Source: Candidatus Sungiibacteriota bacterium
Lineage (GTDB): Bacteria; Patescibacteriota; Minisyncoccia; Sungbacterales; HO2-52-23
Direction: 5' to 3'
Assembly: GCA_016196115.1 (NCBI GenBank)
Contig: JACPYI010000023.1
Coordinates: 1,348 to 65,347 of the forward strand
Length of the DNA stretch: 64,000 nucleotides
Each line of letters starts with the position of its first letter. The first letter of the stretch is position 1. Below, in pieces: positions 19,471-30,109 of the stretch. A program made the position numbers and the translations under genes. The notes under the pieces were generated by a model that ran no database searches, had not been told where the DNA came from, and was given only the letters and a program-made list of their open reading frames with translations.

Positions 19471-21234
19471 ATGTGCGGCATAATTGCTCTTGCAGGTAAA
19501 AAAATTGCGGACATCTCGCCGAATCGTATTGACGCGATGCTGGATTCGCTTGCGCGCCGCGGACCCGACGATCGCGGGGTTTTGTCTTTCCCCTCCTGCG
19601 TGCTCGGCCAGACACGGCTTTCCATTCTTGACCTTTCCGGCGGACACCAGCCAATGCGAGACAACCAAAAAAACATCGCGGTCACGTTCAACGGCGAGAT
19701 TTACAACTACCGGGAATTAAAAAAAGATCTCGAACGGAAGGGGCACGTCTTCTCGACAAAATCTGACACTGAGGCGATCCTCAAGTGCTATCGCGAATAC
19801 GGCGCCGACTGCCCGAAATATCTTGACGGCATGTTTGCATTTATCGTCTGGGACGACGAAAAGCAGATGCTTTTTGCGGCGCGCGACCGGTTTGGCAAGA
19901 AACCGCTCTACTATGGGTTTGACGGCCATGGCACGCTCTTCATGGCATCGGAAATCAAAGCGCTTGCGCGGGCAGGCATTCGCGGAGTCATTGATCCTGA
20001 AGCGATCGACAATTACCTCACGCTCATGTACATACCGCCGTGGAAAAGCGTGTACGCAAATATCCATGTGATTCCGCCCGCATACAGCGCTTCGTTCAAG
20101 ATCGGCTGGAACACGCCGGCTTTTTCCCGCTACTGGCGGCTCGAATCCAATCCCCTTTCGGTCTCGTACGCTGATGCGAAAAAAGAAATCAAGCGGCTTT
20201 TTCTGGATTCAGTGCGCAAACGCATGATCGCGGATGTCGAGATAGGCGCATTGCTCTCGGGAGGCGTTGATTCCACGCTGGTATGCGCGTACGCGCAAAA
20301 GTTTTCCCGCCATCCGTTAAAGACATTCACTGTCGGCTATGAGCATTATATCAATGAGCTGCCCTATGCCCGCGAGGCATCCGAGACGATCGGCACGGAT
20401 CATTATACCCTGCAGGCAACAAGCGATCTGACGCATGAACTTACCAGCGTAATCGGCTACATGGATGAACCGCATGCCGATTCGTCCAACTTTCCCCAGC
20501 ATCTTGTCTCAAGGCTCGCTGCATCAAAAGTAAAGGTTGCGCTTTCCGGCGACGGCGCGGACGAATTGTTCATGGGCTACGGGTGGTACTGGAAATATCG
20601 GAATGTGCGCAAGGTCACGCAGATCAAAAACGCGCTGATTTCAAATCCATTTCAGGAGCACCTGAAGCTCATATCCGTTTTCCAGCCGCATGAACGCCGC
20701 AAACTCTGGAAAAACCCGGATGCGGTGAACGGCGACATTGTCGGAGAACAGGCGGAAGCATGCAAAAAAAATAATACGCAAAAGATCAATTTATTCGATC
20801 TGACCGCCTATCTTCCCGGACGGCTTTTAACTAAAGTGGACCGCACCAGTATGATGCATTCCCTGGAGGTGCGCTGCCCGTTTCTTGACTACCGGCTTGC
20901 CGAGTATGTATACAACTTGCCAGAAAAGTATAAAATGGACGGGGCGAGCGGAAAAATCATTTTGAAGGACATGCTCCGCGAGATCATGCCCGAAGAATTC
21001 GTGTACCGGCGCAAGCAGGGTTTTGGCGCGCCCGTAAGCGACTGGCTGAAAACCGATGCCATGAAAAAACTGGTGCATGAAAAACTCGGCGGCGCTGCGA
21101 TGATCTATGAATTTCTTAATAAAGAAGCAGTTACGGATTATCTGCGCGATTTCTACAGCCGTGACCATGTCAAAACGCATTACAAGATTTGGGTGCTGCT
21201 CTGTCTGGAGCTTTGGCTGGAGACCAGGCAATAA
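19471..21234 (+). CDS. asnB: asparagine synthase-like glutamine amidotransferase
   Basis: [49 protein letters not shown]. Confidence 0.92.
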   Translation: MCGIIALAGKKIADISPNRIDAMLDSLARRGPDDRGVLSFPSCVLGQTRLSILDLSGGHQPMRDNQKNIAVTFNGEIYNYRELKKDLERKGHVFSTKSDTEAILKCYREYGADCPKYLDGMFAFIVWDDEKQMLFAARDRFGKKPLYYGFDGHGTLFMASEIKALARAGIRGVIDPEAIDNYLTLMYIPPWKSVYANIHVIPPAYSASFKIGWNTPAFSRYWRLESNPLSVSYADAKKEIKRLFLDSVRKRMIADVEIGALLSGGVDSTLVCAYAQKFSRHPLKTFTVGYEHYINELPYAREASETIGTDHYTLQATSDLTHELTSVIGYMDEPHADSSNFPQHLVSRLAASKVKVALSGDGADELFMGYGWYWKYRNVRKVTQIKNALISNPFQEHLKLISVFQPHERRKLWKNPDAVNGDIVGEQAEACKKNNTQKINLFDLTAYLPGRLLTKVDRTSMMHSLEVRCPFLDYRLAEYVYNLPEKYKMDGASGKIILKDMLREIMPEEFVYRRKQGFGAPVSDWLKTDAMKKLVHEKLGGAAMIYEFLNKEAVTDYLRDFYSRDHVKTHYKIWVLLCLELWLETRQ

Positions 21235-21268
21235 AACAAAAACGGAGGCATATGAGAAATTCTCGCCG

Positions 21269-21297
21269 TTGACAAGCGGCGACCCGTACGATATCGT
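21269..21297 (+). promoter_or_regulatory. sigma70-like promoter overlapped by an inverted repeat
   Basis: TTGACA-17-TATCGT. A TCGCCG...CGGCGA inverted repeat brackets the -35. Confidence 0.5.
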
Positions 21298-21336
21298 CGA
21301 AGACAGCATGAACAGTTAAGAGGATAAAACAATCAT

Positions 21337-22332
21337 ATGAAAATACTCGTTACCGGCGGCGCCGGATTCATCGGTCATCATATCGTTCAATATTTTCTCG
21401 AAAAAACTGACTGGGACATCATCGTGCTTGACCGGCTTGATATTTCGGGAAATCTGAATCGCCTGGCCGACCTACCAAATTGGGAATCAGGCAAAACCAG
21501 GGTACAATTCGTCTATCACGATTTCAAAGCTCCCATCACTGAATTTATCAGCAGGCAAATCGGCGATGTGGAGTATATTCTTCATCTCGGCGGGTCAACC
21601 CATGTCGATCGCAGTATTGAGGATCCTGCCTCTTTCGCGATGGACAATGTGCTTGGCACGACCAACATGCTTAATTATGCGAGGACGCTCAAGAATCTCA
21701 AACGATTTATAAATTTTTCAACCGATGAGGTATTCGGACCGGCGCCAGAGGGCTATGCGCATAAGGAAAGCGACCCTTATCGTCCGTCAAATCCCTATTC
21801 GGCATCAAAAGCCGGAGCGTCTGCAATGGGGTACGCCTTTTTCATTACCTACGGCCTGCCGGTCGTTACTACGTATGCGATGAATAACTTCGGCGAGCGG
21901 CAACATCCGGAGAAACTCATACCCAAAATAATCCGCGCCGTCATGGAGCAAAAACCGATGCCGATTTTTGCAGCCGTGGATCCGGCAACCGGCCGCATGA
22001 CTTCTATCGGAAGCAGATGCTGGCTTCATTGCCGCAATACCGCCTCGGCGCTCTATTTGCTTTTGGAACACGGCGTACCGGGAGAATCGTATGCTATTAT
22101 CGGTTTTGATGAACTTTCGAATCTTGAGATTGCCCAAAAGATCGCGGCATATGCCGGTAAGCCCCTTATCCCGCATCTTATTGATTTTCATGCCATACGG
22201 CCCGGTCATGACGCGCGCTACGCTCTTGACGGATCAAAGATGAAAAAAATGGGGTGGGTTCCCGAAATTGACTTTGACACCTCGCTCAAACAGACGGTTG
22301 AGTTCGCCCTGCACAATCCCCAATGGAGCTAA
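21337..22332 (+). CDS. rfbB: dTDP-glucose 4,6-dehydratase-like protein
   Basis: GGAGFIG, THVDRSI, STDEVFG, YSASK, QHPEKLIP, RPGHDARY. Confidence 0.85.
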   Translation: MKILVTGGAGFIGHHIVQYFLEKTDWDIIVLDRLDISGNLNRLADLPNWESGKTRVQFVYHDFKAPITEFISRQIGDVEYILHLGGSTHVDRSIEDPASFAMDNVLGTTNMLNYARTLKNLKRFINFSTDEVFGPAPEGYAHKESDPYRPSNPYSASKAGASAMGYAFFITYGLPVVTTYAMNNFGERQHPEKLIPKIIRAVMEQKPMPIFAAVDPATGRMTSIGSRCWLHCRNTASALYLLLEHGVPGESYAIIGFDELSNLEIAQKIAAYAGKPLIPHLIDFHAIRPGHDARYALDGSKMKKMGWVPEIDFDTSLKQTVEFALHNPQWS

Positions 22333-23048
22333 AAGGAATCATTCTTGCGGGAGGAAAAGGAACGCGGCTTATGCCGGCGACTTTGGTTATGAATAAGCAC
22401 CTTATTCCCGTCCTGAATAAACCGATGATCCTGTATCCGCTGGAAACGCTTACCAAAGTATTCGGCATAAAAGAGATTATGCTTATTTCATCCGGCGAGC
22501 ATATCGGCCAATTTGCGAATTTTCTCGGTGATGGATCGGCATATGGATGTTCGCTTACCTATAGAGTACAAAAAGATGCGGGCGGTATTGCCCAAGCGCT
22601 TGGTCTCGCGCGCAATTTCGCGGATACGAGCAGATCCATTGTCATTTTAGGCGACAATATTTTTGATAATGGGCAACTTGCAAAAGATGCAGGTGATTTC
22701 AGTCCGAAAGATGATGCGTGCGTATTTTTAAAAGAAGTTGAAGATGCTCACCAATTCGGCGTGCCTACTTTTTCGTCCGATATGGCCATAGACCTCATCA
22801 CCGAAAAGCCGGCTCATCCCAGTTGCAATGTTGCGGTTGTCGGTCTGTATTCCTTTCCGCCGGATGTTTTTGAGATTATTAAAACTTTGAAACCTTCTCA
22901 ACGCGGCGAGCTTGAAATAACGGAAGTCAATAACTCGTATGCAAAAAGGGGAAAACTTACTCATAAAATCCTGACCGGATTTTGGTCTGATGCCGGCACG
23001 CAAGAATCTCTTGCACGCACCACCAAGTGGGCTTTTTCAAACTTATAA
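22323..23048 (+). CDS. rfbA: glucose-1-phosphate thymidylyltransferase-like protein
   Basis: LAGGKGTRL, NKHL, GIAQAL, LGDN, PSQRGELEITE, WSDAGT. Confidence 0.85.
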   Translation: MELKGIILAGGKGTRLMPATLVMNKHLIPVLNKPMILYPLETLTKVFGIKEIMLISSGEHIGQFANFLGDGSAYGCSLTYRVQKDAGGIAQALGLARNFADTSRSIVILGDNIFDNGQLAKDAGDFSPKDDACVFLKEVEDAHQFGVPTFSSDMAIDLITEKPAHPSCNVAVVGLYSFPPDVFEIIKTLKPSQRGELEITEVNNSYAKRGKLTHKILTGFWSDAGTQESLARTTKWAFSNL

Positions 23049-23081
23049 CGGGCTGCGCGCAAAACGCGTGGAAAGAAAAAT

Positions 23082-24098
23082 ATGAGTACGAAAAATCAAA
23101 AGCTTTTCATAAGCGGCGGATCCGGGTTTATAGGGCACCACGTCATTGATTATGCGCTAAAAAACACTGCATGGGATATTGTTTCCATCGACATGCCGAT
23201 GCGAGCAAGGAATCCTGCTCGGCTGGCTGAAATACTTACCGGCAAAAACAAAAAACGAGTATCTATTATCTACTACGACCTTCAAAAACCTCTGGAAGAA
23301 AATCTGCGGAAAAAGATAGGAAATCCCGACTACATGTTACACCTCGCGGCTTCTTCCAGCGTACCTCAAAGCATCGGGAATCCGCTGCCTTTCGTCATGA
23401 ACAACGTGCTGGCGACGATGAATATTCTTGAATACGCACGAGCGCTGACAAAAAACCATACATTAAAAAAGTTCATCAATTTTTCTACGGTCGAGGTTTT
23501 CGGTCCGGCAAGAAACGGTTACTCGCATAAAGAAGAAGACGCATATAACCCATCAAACCCGTATGCCGCATCAAAAGCAAGCCAGGCGTCTCTTGGCCGC
23601 GCCTATGCGACCAGCTTTGAACTGCCCGTCATAACAACCTTTACCATGAATACCTTCGGAGAACGCCAATACCCGGAGAAATTCATACCGACAGTAATCC
23701 GCTCCGTAAGAGAAGGCAAAGCCGTCCCCATCTTTGCCGAACTGGATGATAGAGGCAAACTCAAAACTATCGGTTCGCGCTATTGGATATATGCCCAAAA
23801 TACCGCCTCGGCGCTTTTATTTTTACTCAAAAAAGGGAAAAACGGCGAATCTTACAATATCGTCGGATTTGACGAATACAATAATCTTGAAATCGCCCAA
23901 AAAATATCCGGCATTATCGGCATGCCGCTCCGTCATGAATTCGTGGACTACCGGAAGCATAACCCGGGCCATGAAAACAGGTATGCGCTTGACGGGACAA
24001 AAATCAAAAATATGGGGTGGTCCCCGGAAATCACTTTTGACAAGGCCATGGAGCGGGTTGTAACATTTACGCTTCACAATCCCGAATGGCTTGCATAA
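23082..24098 (+). CDS. RmlB-like NAD-dependent epimerase/dehydratase paralog with altered catalytic motif
   Basis: Collinear with 21337-22332, but STVEVFG and SSVPQS replace STDEVFG and THVDRS. Confidence 0.8.
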   Translation: MSTKNQKLFISGGSGFIGHHVIDYALKNTAWDIVSIDMPMRARNPARLAEILTGKNKKRVSIIYYDLQKPLEENLRKKIGNPDYMLHLAASSSVPQSIGNPLPFVMNNVLATMNILEYARALTKNHTLKKFINFSTVEVFGPARNGYSHKEEDAYNPSNPYAASKASQASLGRAYATSFELPVITTFTMNTFGERQYPEKFIPTVIRSVREGKAVPIFAELDDRGKLKTIGSRYWIYAQNTASALLFLLKKGKNGESYNIVGFDEYNNLEIAQKISGIIGMPLRHEFVDYRKHNPGHENRYALDGTKIKNMGWSPEITFDKAMERVVTFTLHNPEWLA

Positions 24099-24102
24099 CA
24101 TC

Positions 24103-25248
24103 ATGTTAAAAAAAATATATTGGGCATACAAAAATAAGATAGCGAATAAACTTTTTGGAGTTGTGCGCATGCCGGCACAAGGAAAAAAGAAGGGGGATGT
24201 CCTGCTATCCTATATTACCGAGCCCTTCACTCATGCTCCGTGGGAACCGCTTTCAAACTTCCACACCATGTATTGGGAGTGTTATGAGACCGCCCGTCTT
24301 TTGAGCGAAAAAGGATACGGTTGCGATATTGTCAATGCATTAGATAACAGTTTTATACCGAGGAAACCATACCGGGTATGCATAGATTCCGAAAATAATC
24401 TGGAAAGATTCTTGCCCCATCTTCCCAAAAACTGCATCAAGGTATTTTTCATCTTTATTTCCCATTGGGAAGCATACAATACAGCCGAGGAATCGAGGCT
24501 CGCAGACCTGGAAAAAAGGCGCGGCGTCCGTCTTGTGCCGAGACGAAAAGTAAAATCGTCGCGAAATGCGGAAATCGCCGATTGTATCATCGGATTCGGG
24601 AATAAAACGGTCTTCAATACATTTCATAAATTTAAAAAAACTATTTTTTATATTCCGATTTCCTCCGTAATCCAATTTGATTCTCCGGAAAAAAAGGATT
24701 TCGCCTCTGCGCGCAACCATTTTACGTGGATGGGAGGAGGCGGGGCAGTATTGAAAGGCCTGGACATCACGCTTGAGGCATTCAGCAAGATGCCGGATTT
24801 CCATTTGCACGTATGCGGACCGGTATCCGCTGAAAAGGATTTTGTCCGGGAATATAAAAAGGAGCTTGAGGAAACTCCGAATATCCATGTCTATGGGCGG
24901 ATTGATGTCACCGGCAGCAAATTTTCCGCAATACTGAACAGGTGTTCGGCGGTCGTCTATCCGTCAGCCGGAGAAGGTTCATCCGGAACCATAGTGCTTG
25001 CCATGCATGCCGGACTTATACCGATTATCTCCCACGAAACCGGCATACAGGAAGATTCCGGATATATCCCGCTGGTAAACTCGACTCCCGAATCAATCAT
25101 AAAAACAGTAACGGAATTTTCCAAGATGCCGGAAGAAAGTATGCGCCAATTCTCAAAAAAAATATGGGCGTACGCGCGAACGCATTATACAAAAAAGCAA
25201 TACACGGCCGCTTGCACGCGCTTCATTGAAGACGTATTACACCTATGA
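24103..25248 (+). CDS. GT4-like glycosyltransferase
   Basis: KGLD, YPSAGEG...AMHAGLIPI. Confidence 0.8.
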   Translation: MLKKIYWAYKNKIANKLFGVVRMPAQGKKKGDVLLSYITEPFTHAPWEPLSNFHTMYWECYETARLLSEKGYGCDIVNALDNSFIPRKPYRVCIDSENNLERFLPHLPKNCIKVFFIFISHWEAYNTAEESRLADLEKRRGVRLVPRRKVKSSRNAEIADCIIGFGNKTVFNTFHKFKKTIFYIPISSVIQFDSPEKKDFASARNHFTWMGGGGAVLKGLDITLEAFSKMPDFHLHVCGPVSAEKDFVREYKKELEETPNIHVYGRIDVTGSKFSAILNRCSAVVYPSAGEGSSGTIVLAMHAGLIPIISHETGIQEDSGYIPLVNSTPESIIKTVTEFSKMPEESMRQFSKKIWAYARTHYTKKQYTAACTRFIEDVLHL

Positions 25249-26084
25249 CACGTCCTCTCATCAGTGTCGTGATTCCGGTCTATAACTGTGAAAAAACCGT
25301 TGCTGCGGCTATTCGCTCAATCTTGGATCAAACATACGGAAATATTGAAATTATCGTCGTGAACGACAACAGCACCGACACCACTAGGCATATCATGGAA
25401 CACGTCGCAGCCACAGATAGCCGCATCACATTGGTAGACGCGCCGGACGATCCGTATCGCTTTGATGCCAGCATCAACCGCAATGTAAACGCCGGATGGT
25501 CGGCCCGCAATACCGGCTTCGCGCACGTTCAAGGAGAACTTATCACGTTTCAGGATGCGGATGACGCGTCGCTTCCCAACCGCATCGAGGTCCAATATAA
25601 TCTCCTGACCAGATACAACGCAACGCACGCGACCATTGACTGGGTGCAATTTGATGAAAAATATCTTGGCACACAATTGGATGTCACGTCCTATCTGAAG
25701 AATTTAAAAATGCTCGGCCCCAAAGAATTGTACGCCATGTCCCAACGGTCAAAAGGCCTGGTCGCAAAAATATCGCCGGCACTGAATCGCGCGATCCCCT
25801 TTCATCTGAAACGAAAACGGATCATCAATAAACTTTTTTTTGGCTCGCTTGAAAATTATCCCGGCCAGGGAAACTGCCCCCTGTTCCGCCGCGAAGTTAT
25901 CGAAAAAGTCCGATTCCGCAACCTCCGCGACCGCGTCTGGCCATCTTTCATGGGCCGCGGCGCGGACAAGGACTTCAATTTCCAAGTCGCCGAGACATTC
26001 AAACAGAGCTATGTATTCTTCATCCCGCTCTACATGTGGCGCGTACAAGACCAGAATCCGCGCTATCCGGACGGCATTGATTGA
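25245..26084 (+). CDS. GT2 glycosyltransferase
   Basis: SVVIPVYN, VNDNSTD, ARNTG, FQDADD. Confidence 0.88.
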   Translation: MTRPLISVVIPVYNCEKTVAAAIRSILDQTYGNIEIIVVNDNSTDTTRHIMEHVAATDSRITLVDAPDDPYRFDASINRNVNAGWSARNTGFAHVQGELITFQDADDASLPNRIEVQYNLLTRYNATHATIDWVQFDEKYLGTQLDVTSYLKNLKMLGPKELYAMSQRSKGLVAKISPALNRAIPFHLKRKRIINKLFFGSLENYPGQGNCPLFRREVIEKVRFRNLRDRVWPSFMGRGADKDFNFQVAETFKQSYVFFIPLYMWRVQDQNPRYPDGID

Positions 26085-26100
26085 TTCGTTGTATGAATAC

Positions 26101-27198
26101 TTAAAATGGCTCTTTAAGGATTTGTTTTTTGAGCTCCGCAATATCCGCGTAGGGGGCCAGGGCGGGTTCGCGGGCCGTCAGATAGAGGAGGAGGCGGAGC
26201 GTGCCTTTTTCGGTCAGATGGCCGGCATCGTATAATTCCGCGTCTGATGAGCCAATGGTTTCGAGATTGCGCAGATCATGGAAATGATACTGGTATCGCT
26301 CAAAGAGCGCGGCAAGTGTGGCGGGCGCTGCGCGGAATTCTTCTCCATGCAAATCGCGCAAGGACCAAATGGCGCGATAAATTTCCAGAGCATAGGGCGA
26401 GAAATATCCGATCACAACTATGTTTCTTTCGCGGGCGAGCGCAAGGAACTTTTTAACTTCCGCAAGATTGCGCAGCGATACGGCAGAGAATTTGTCGATC
26501 TCGGGAATATTGTCCGCAACCTGCAGAGCCATGGGGAGCGCGTTTTTTCTCATATCCAGAATTTCCGGAAGAGTCCCCCGGCTTAAACTGCCGTCCGCGC
26601 GGAATCCGGCGTGGTGCATGAGTGCGACAAGACCGATGGACTCCGTGGTTTTTCTTTCGCGCATCAGCCCACGAACGGAAAATTTTCCTGCCGCATAATC
26701 AAGATATGCGGCCCGCCACCCGGAAGAAAGGAACGCGCGGAGCATATCAGAAGCGCTTGCCTGCTGGTGCTCATCTTGGACAGCGGCATCATAGAGCAGA
26801 TTCGTAGCGTCAAAAAGAATTACGGCCAGGTTGTTGTCATGCGGCAGCGCGTTGAGGTAATGGGACAGATCTGCGGCGCTATACACTCCCCTGCCCGCAT
26901 TGTAAAACGCATCTTCGCGTCTGAAAAAACGGGCGCGGAATGTCAGCGATTGAGACAATCCCAGCGCTACGATCTGCGGGTTTCTCGCGATGGTTGAAAG
27001 AAGTTTATACGGCTTTTCGGTATACGAGGTAAATGCGGATTGGTACAAGATGTCTTGTCCCGGGTTTTGCTGCTGGCGGCTGACTATCGCGGATACGGGC
27101 AGCAATTCGCGCCCCAATATAAATACGGCGAGCGGAAATATAAAAATCCCGAGCACCGGAATACTGAATAGGGCGCATTTGAGGAGAAATCGTGCCAT
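26101..27198 (-). CDS. membrane-anchored SGNH/DltD/AlgJ-like acyl-transfer partner
   Basis: N-terminal TM, ALGLSQ (G-x-S), YNAG, FSPY, YDAGHL (DxxH). Directly downstream of the MBOAT. Confidence 0.6.
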   Translation of the reverse strand: MARFLLKCALFSIPVLGIFIFPLAVFILGRELLPVSAIVSRQQQNPGQDILYQSAFTSYTEKPYKLLSTIARNPQIVALGLSQSLTFRARFFRREDAFYNAGRGVYSAADLSHYLNALPHDNNLAVILFDATNLLYDAAVQDEHQQASASDMLRAFLSSGWRAAYLDYAAGKFSVRGLMRERKTTESIGLVALMHHAGFRADGSLSRGTLPEILDMRKNALPMALQVADNIPEIDKFSAVSLRNLAEVKKFLALARERNIVVIGYFSPYALEIYRAIWSLRDLHGEEFRAAPATLAALFERYQYHFHDLRNLETIGSSDAELYDAGHLTEKGTLRLLLYLTAREPALAPYADIAELKKQILKEPF

Positions 27199-27204
27199 GG
27201 CCAA

Positions 27205-28680
27205 TTAAAATTTAAAATAGATGAACGGCTGCGCGCCAAAATATCCCAAAAAAAGCGTACCGAAAATAAGCGCGTAGTACCAACTCCAGCGAACGGCGCG
27301 GCTCTTCTTTTCAAAAATAAATACTGTATTGAGTTTGGCCTGCGCGTATTGGACACACTCGAGAAAACATATCCCGATTACGATAGCCCCCGCCGATCTG
27401 AAGCCGAAATTGCCGGATGCAAACAGAGATTGCCAGCGCGTGAGCGCTGTGGGCAGATGCAGGAACGCGGATTTTGTTTTCGCCAATACATACAGCGCTT
27501 GCGCGACAGTCGCTGCCCGAAAAAATACAAAACTTACGCAAACCAGCGCAAAAACGGCAAGGGTCTGCCATGTTTTGAGCAAGGCCGGGTAAGCGGAAAA
27601 TCCAATGAACGCCGCCGTGCGCTTTCGCGCATCCGCAGTCCAGAGCGCAAGCACCAGATAGCCGCCATGCAACGAGCCGAACACCACATATGTCCAGTTT
27701 GCGCCATGCCACAACCCGATCAGTATAAAGGTGATGAAAAGACCGGCGTAGAGGCGCGTCTTCGTTACCTTTTTTCCGGCGAACGCAAGCGGATAATAGA
27801 GATAATCGCGCAGCCAGCTTGAAAGCGAGATATGCCACCGCCGCCAGAATTCCGCGATGGAGCGAGACGCATACGGACGATTAAAATTATTCGTTACATC
27901 ATAGCCGAACACGAGAGCCGATCCGACCGCAATATCGGAGTACCCGGAAAAATCACAATAGATCTGGTAGGAAAACAGTATGGCCGCAAGAAAAATCGCA
28001 AGGTCGCTTGATGCGCCTAAATTTCCATACACATGGTTTACCAGCAAAGCAATCCGGTCGGCTATGACCAGTTTTTTAAAAAATCCCCAGAGCATCAGTT
28101 CAAGTCCCTGCCGCACCCGCACTGCGTCAAAGACGTGCGGCTCGTGGAATTGATGCAGCATGTGCTGCGGACGCTCTATAGGTCCGGCAACGAGCTGGGG
28201 AAAAAACATCACGTAGAGGGCATAGACACCGAAGTGGCGCTCGGGCTTTTGTTTGCCGCGGTATGCTTCGATCACATAACTCAAACTCTGAAACACGTGG
28301 AATGACAGGCCAAGCGGCAGCAGAATATGCAGCAGCGCCGGGGAATAATTCCAATGGATCGCGCGTGCAAGAACCGCGATGTTCTCATTGAAGAAGTTGA
28401 AATATTTAAAAAAGAAAAGCGTGCCGAGATTGGCGATGACGCTCCCGACAAGAAACATTTTTCGCCGCACGCCCCTTGAGCGCGCGATAGAGAGCCCCAG
28501 AAAATAGTCGACCGTAATGAGAAAAAATAAAACAAGAATGAACGCCGGCACAAATGCCATGTAAAAATAGCAGCTCCCGGCAAGCAATAATATCCAGCGG
28601 TATCGGTCCGGAACGACCGCGTAATACGCGAGAAAAACCGCGGCGAAGAAGATGAGAAATTGCAGCGAGTTGAATAGCAT
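27205..28680 (-). CDS. MBOAT family O-acyltransferase (AlgI/DltB-like)
   Basis: MLFNS, FKYFNFF, LPLGLSF, FFPQLVAGPIER, KKLVIAD, DFSGYSD, EFWRRWHISLS, GLWHGA. Confidence 0.93.
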   Translation of the reverse strand: MLFNSLQFLIFFAAVFLAYYAVVPDRYRWILLLAGSCYFYMAFVPAFILVLFFLITVDYFLGLSIARSRGVRRKMFLVGSVIANLGTLFFFKYFNFFNENIAVLARAIHWNYSPALLHILLPLGLSFHVFQSLSYVIEAYRGKQKPERHFGVYALYVMFFPQLVAGPIERPQHMLHQFHEPHVFDAVRVRQGLELMLWGFFKKLVIADRIALLVNHVYGNLGASSDLAIFLAAILFSYQIYCDFSGYSDIAVGSALVFGYDVTNNFNRPYASRSIAEFWRRWHISLSSWLRDYLYYPLAFAGKKVTKTRLYAGLFITFILIGLWHGANWTYVVFGSLHGGYLVLALWTADARKRTAAFIGFSAYPALLKTWQTLAVFALVCVSFVFFRAATVAQALYVLAKTKSAFLHLPTALTRWQSLFASGNFGFRSAGAIVIGICFLECVQYAQAKLNTVFIFEKKSRAVRWSWYYALIFGTLFLGYFGAQPFIYFKF

Positions 28681-29447
28681 TACGATAACGCGCCGGATTC
28701 CGGGGCGACGAGCAGCGTAAGATTGCTCACATGAACCGCATGATCAGAACAGAGAAACGACACTGCATCTGCCACGTCATCGGCCGAAGCGAATTTTTTA
28801 GCCGGACTTTTTTCGCGCGCCATATCCACGAATGCCTGCGGTATATCGAGGTTCATGCCGCCAGACATAAAGCCGGGAGCCACAGAGTACACGCGCACGT
28901 GATGCGGGGCAAGCTCTTGGCGGAGCATGGCAAGCATGCCCTGCAGCGCATATTTTGCCGGCACATATGCGCCGAGACCTTGCCCCGCTTCCGAGATCAG
29001 CACGGCCGATGTGGTAATGCCGATAATGACGCCTGCCGTGCGTTCTTTCATGGCAAGGGCGCAGGCCGAGAGAAAATGAAAACCGCCGGAGACGGTTACG
29101 CTCAACTGATCGCGCAGGTCTTGGGACGAGGAGCGGAGCAACGACCCGCGGTGCGGTCCGATCCCTGCCGCATGCACGGATATGCCGATCTGCCCCATGT
29201 CGCGTTCGATTTTTGCAATCGTTTCGGCAACTTGTCCGGCATCTTCAAGATCGCATTGGTATGCGCAGTGTCCCGATCCCGGCAGCAGAGTTATCATATC
29301 GTTTACGGTTTTTTCCGGAGTACGATGATAGAGCAGAGCCACGCGCATCCCGTCGGCCGCGAGTTTTCGGGCGATAGCCGAGCCGACATATCCGGACCCG
29401 CCTGAGATCGCCGCAACTTTTCCATTTTCTGTTTGTGCGTCAGTCAT
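28680..29447 (-). CDS. SDR family oxidoreductase (FabG-like ketoreductase)
   Basis: SGGSGYVG, HAAG, YVPAK, VAPG. Confidence 0.85.
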   Translation of the reverse strand: MTDAQTENGKVAAISGGSGYVGSAIARKLAADGMRVALLYHRTPEKTVNDMITLLPGSGHCAYQCDLEDAGQVAETIAKIERDMGQIGISVHAAGIGPHRGSLLRSSSQDLRDQLSVTVSGGFHFLSACALAMKERTAGVIIGITTSAVLISEAGQGLGAYVPAKYALQGMLAMLRQELAPHHVRVYSVAPGFMSGGMNLDIPQAFVDMAREKSPAKKFASADDVADAVSFLCSDHAVHVSNLTLLVAPESGALS

Positions 29448-29460
29448 GGTCTATGCATCG

Positions 29461-29883
29461 TCATATAAGCACCTGCACCGTTGCGATGCCCGTGAGAACT
29501 TCCTCATCATCTTTGGTGATCGAGACCCCGATCTCAAGCACTCCGGTTGATTCGCTCTTGGCCCGTACCACGCCCTGAACTACGACCGTATCGCCGATAA
29601 AAACCGGTTTGCGGAAGAAAAGCGTCTGCGAAAGATATAGGCATCTTTTCCCCGGCAGATACATGCCTACCAGCGTAGAGCATAAAGAACCCACGAGCAT
29701 ACCGTGCGCCAGCCGGCGTCCGAATCGCGTTGTCCGGGCATACGCCTCATCAAGATGAAGCGGGTTTTGATCCCCGCTCAATCGGGCGAACGCCAGCACG
29801 TCATTCCGGGTAAATATCCGGGAAAAGGACGCGGTATCGCCGACCGAGATGTCTTTGAGGAGCAGATCCTTGGGGTTAACCAT
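29461..29883 (-). CDS. MaoC family (R)-hydratase/dehydratase
   Basis: FARLSGDQNPLHLD, AHGML, LPG, FRKPVFIGD. Confidence 0.9.
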   Translation of the reverse strand: MVNPKDLLLKDISVGDTASFSRIFTRNDVLAFARLSGDQNPLHLDEAYARTTRFGRRLAHGMLVGSLCSTLVGMYLPGKRCLYLSQTLFFRKPVFIGDTVVVQGVVRAKSESTGVLEIGVSITKDDEEVLTGIATVQVLI

Positions 29884-30109
29884 GTTTTTTCCCCCGCGCT
29901 TCAATGATCCCGCGGATATCGCCAAGGCATTGCGTGGTCATAACCTCATCCATGCTGAACGACAGATCGAATTCTTTTTCAAGCTCCGCGACAAAAAGCA
30001 GATAGTTCATCGAATCCCATTCAGGAATATCTTTCGAAGAAAGGCCATCGTGGATTTCCGCATCGGATATCTTGAAGACCTCGGCTACAATGTTATTGAA
30101 TGTCCTCAT
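29876..30109 (-). CDS. acyl carrier protein
   Basis: 77 aa, acidic, WDSM phosphopantetheine site, LEKEFDL. Confidence 0.88.
   Translation of the reverse strand: MRTFNNIVAEVFKISDAEIHDGLSSKDIPEWDSMNYLLFVAELEKEFDLSFSMDEVMTTQCLGDIRGIIEARGKKHG

Noticed and set aside
21245-21272. SD-preceded micro-ORF MRNSRR*
   Set aside because: Six codons overlapping a promoter; cannot be distinguished from chance or a deletion scar.
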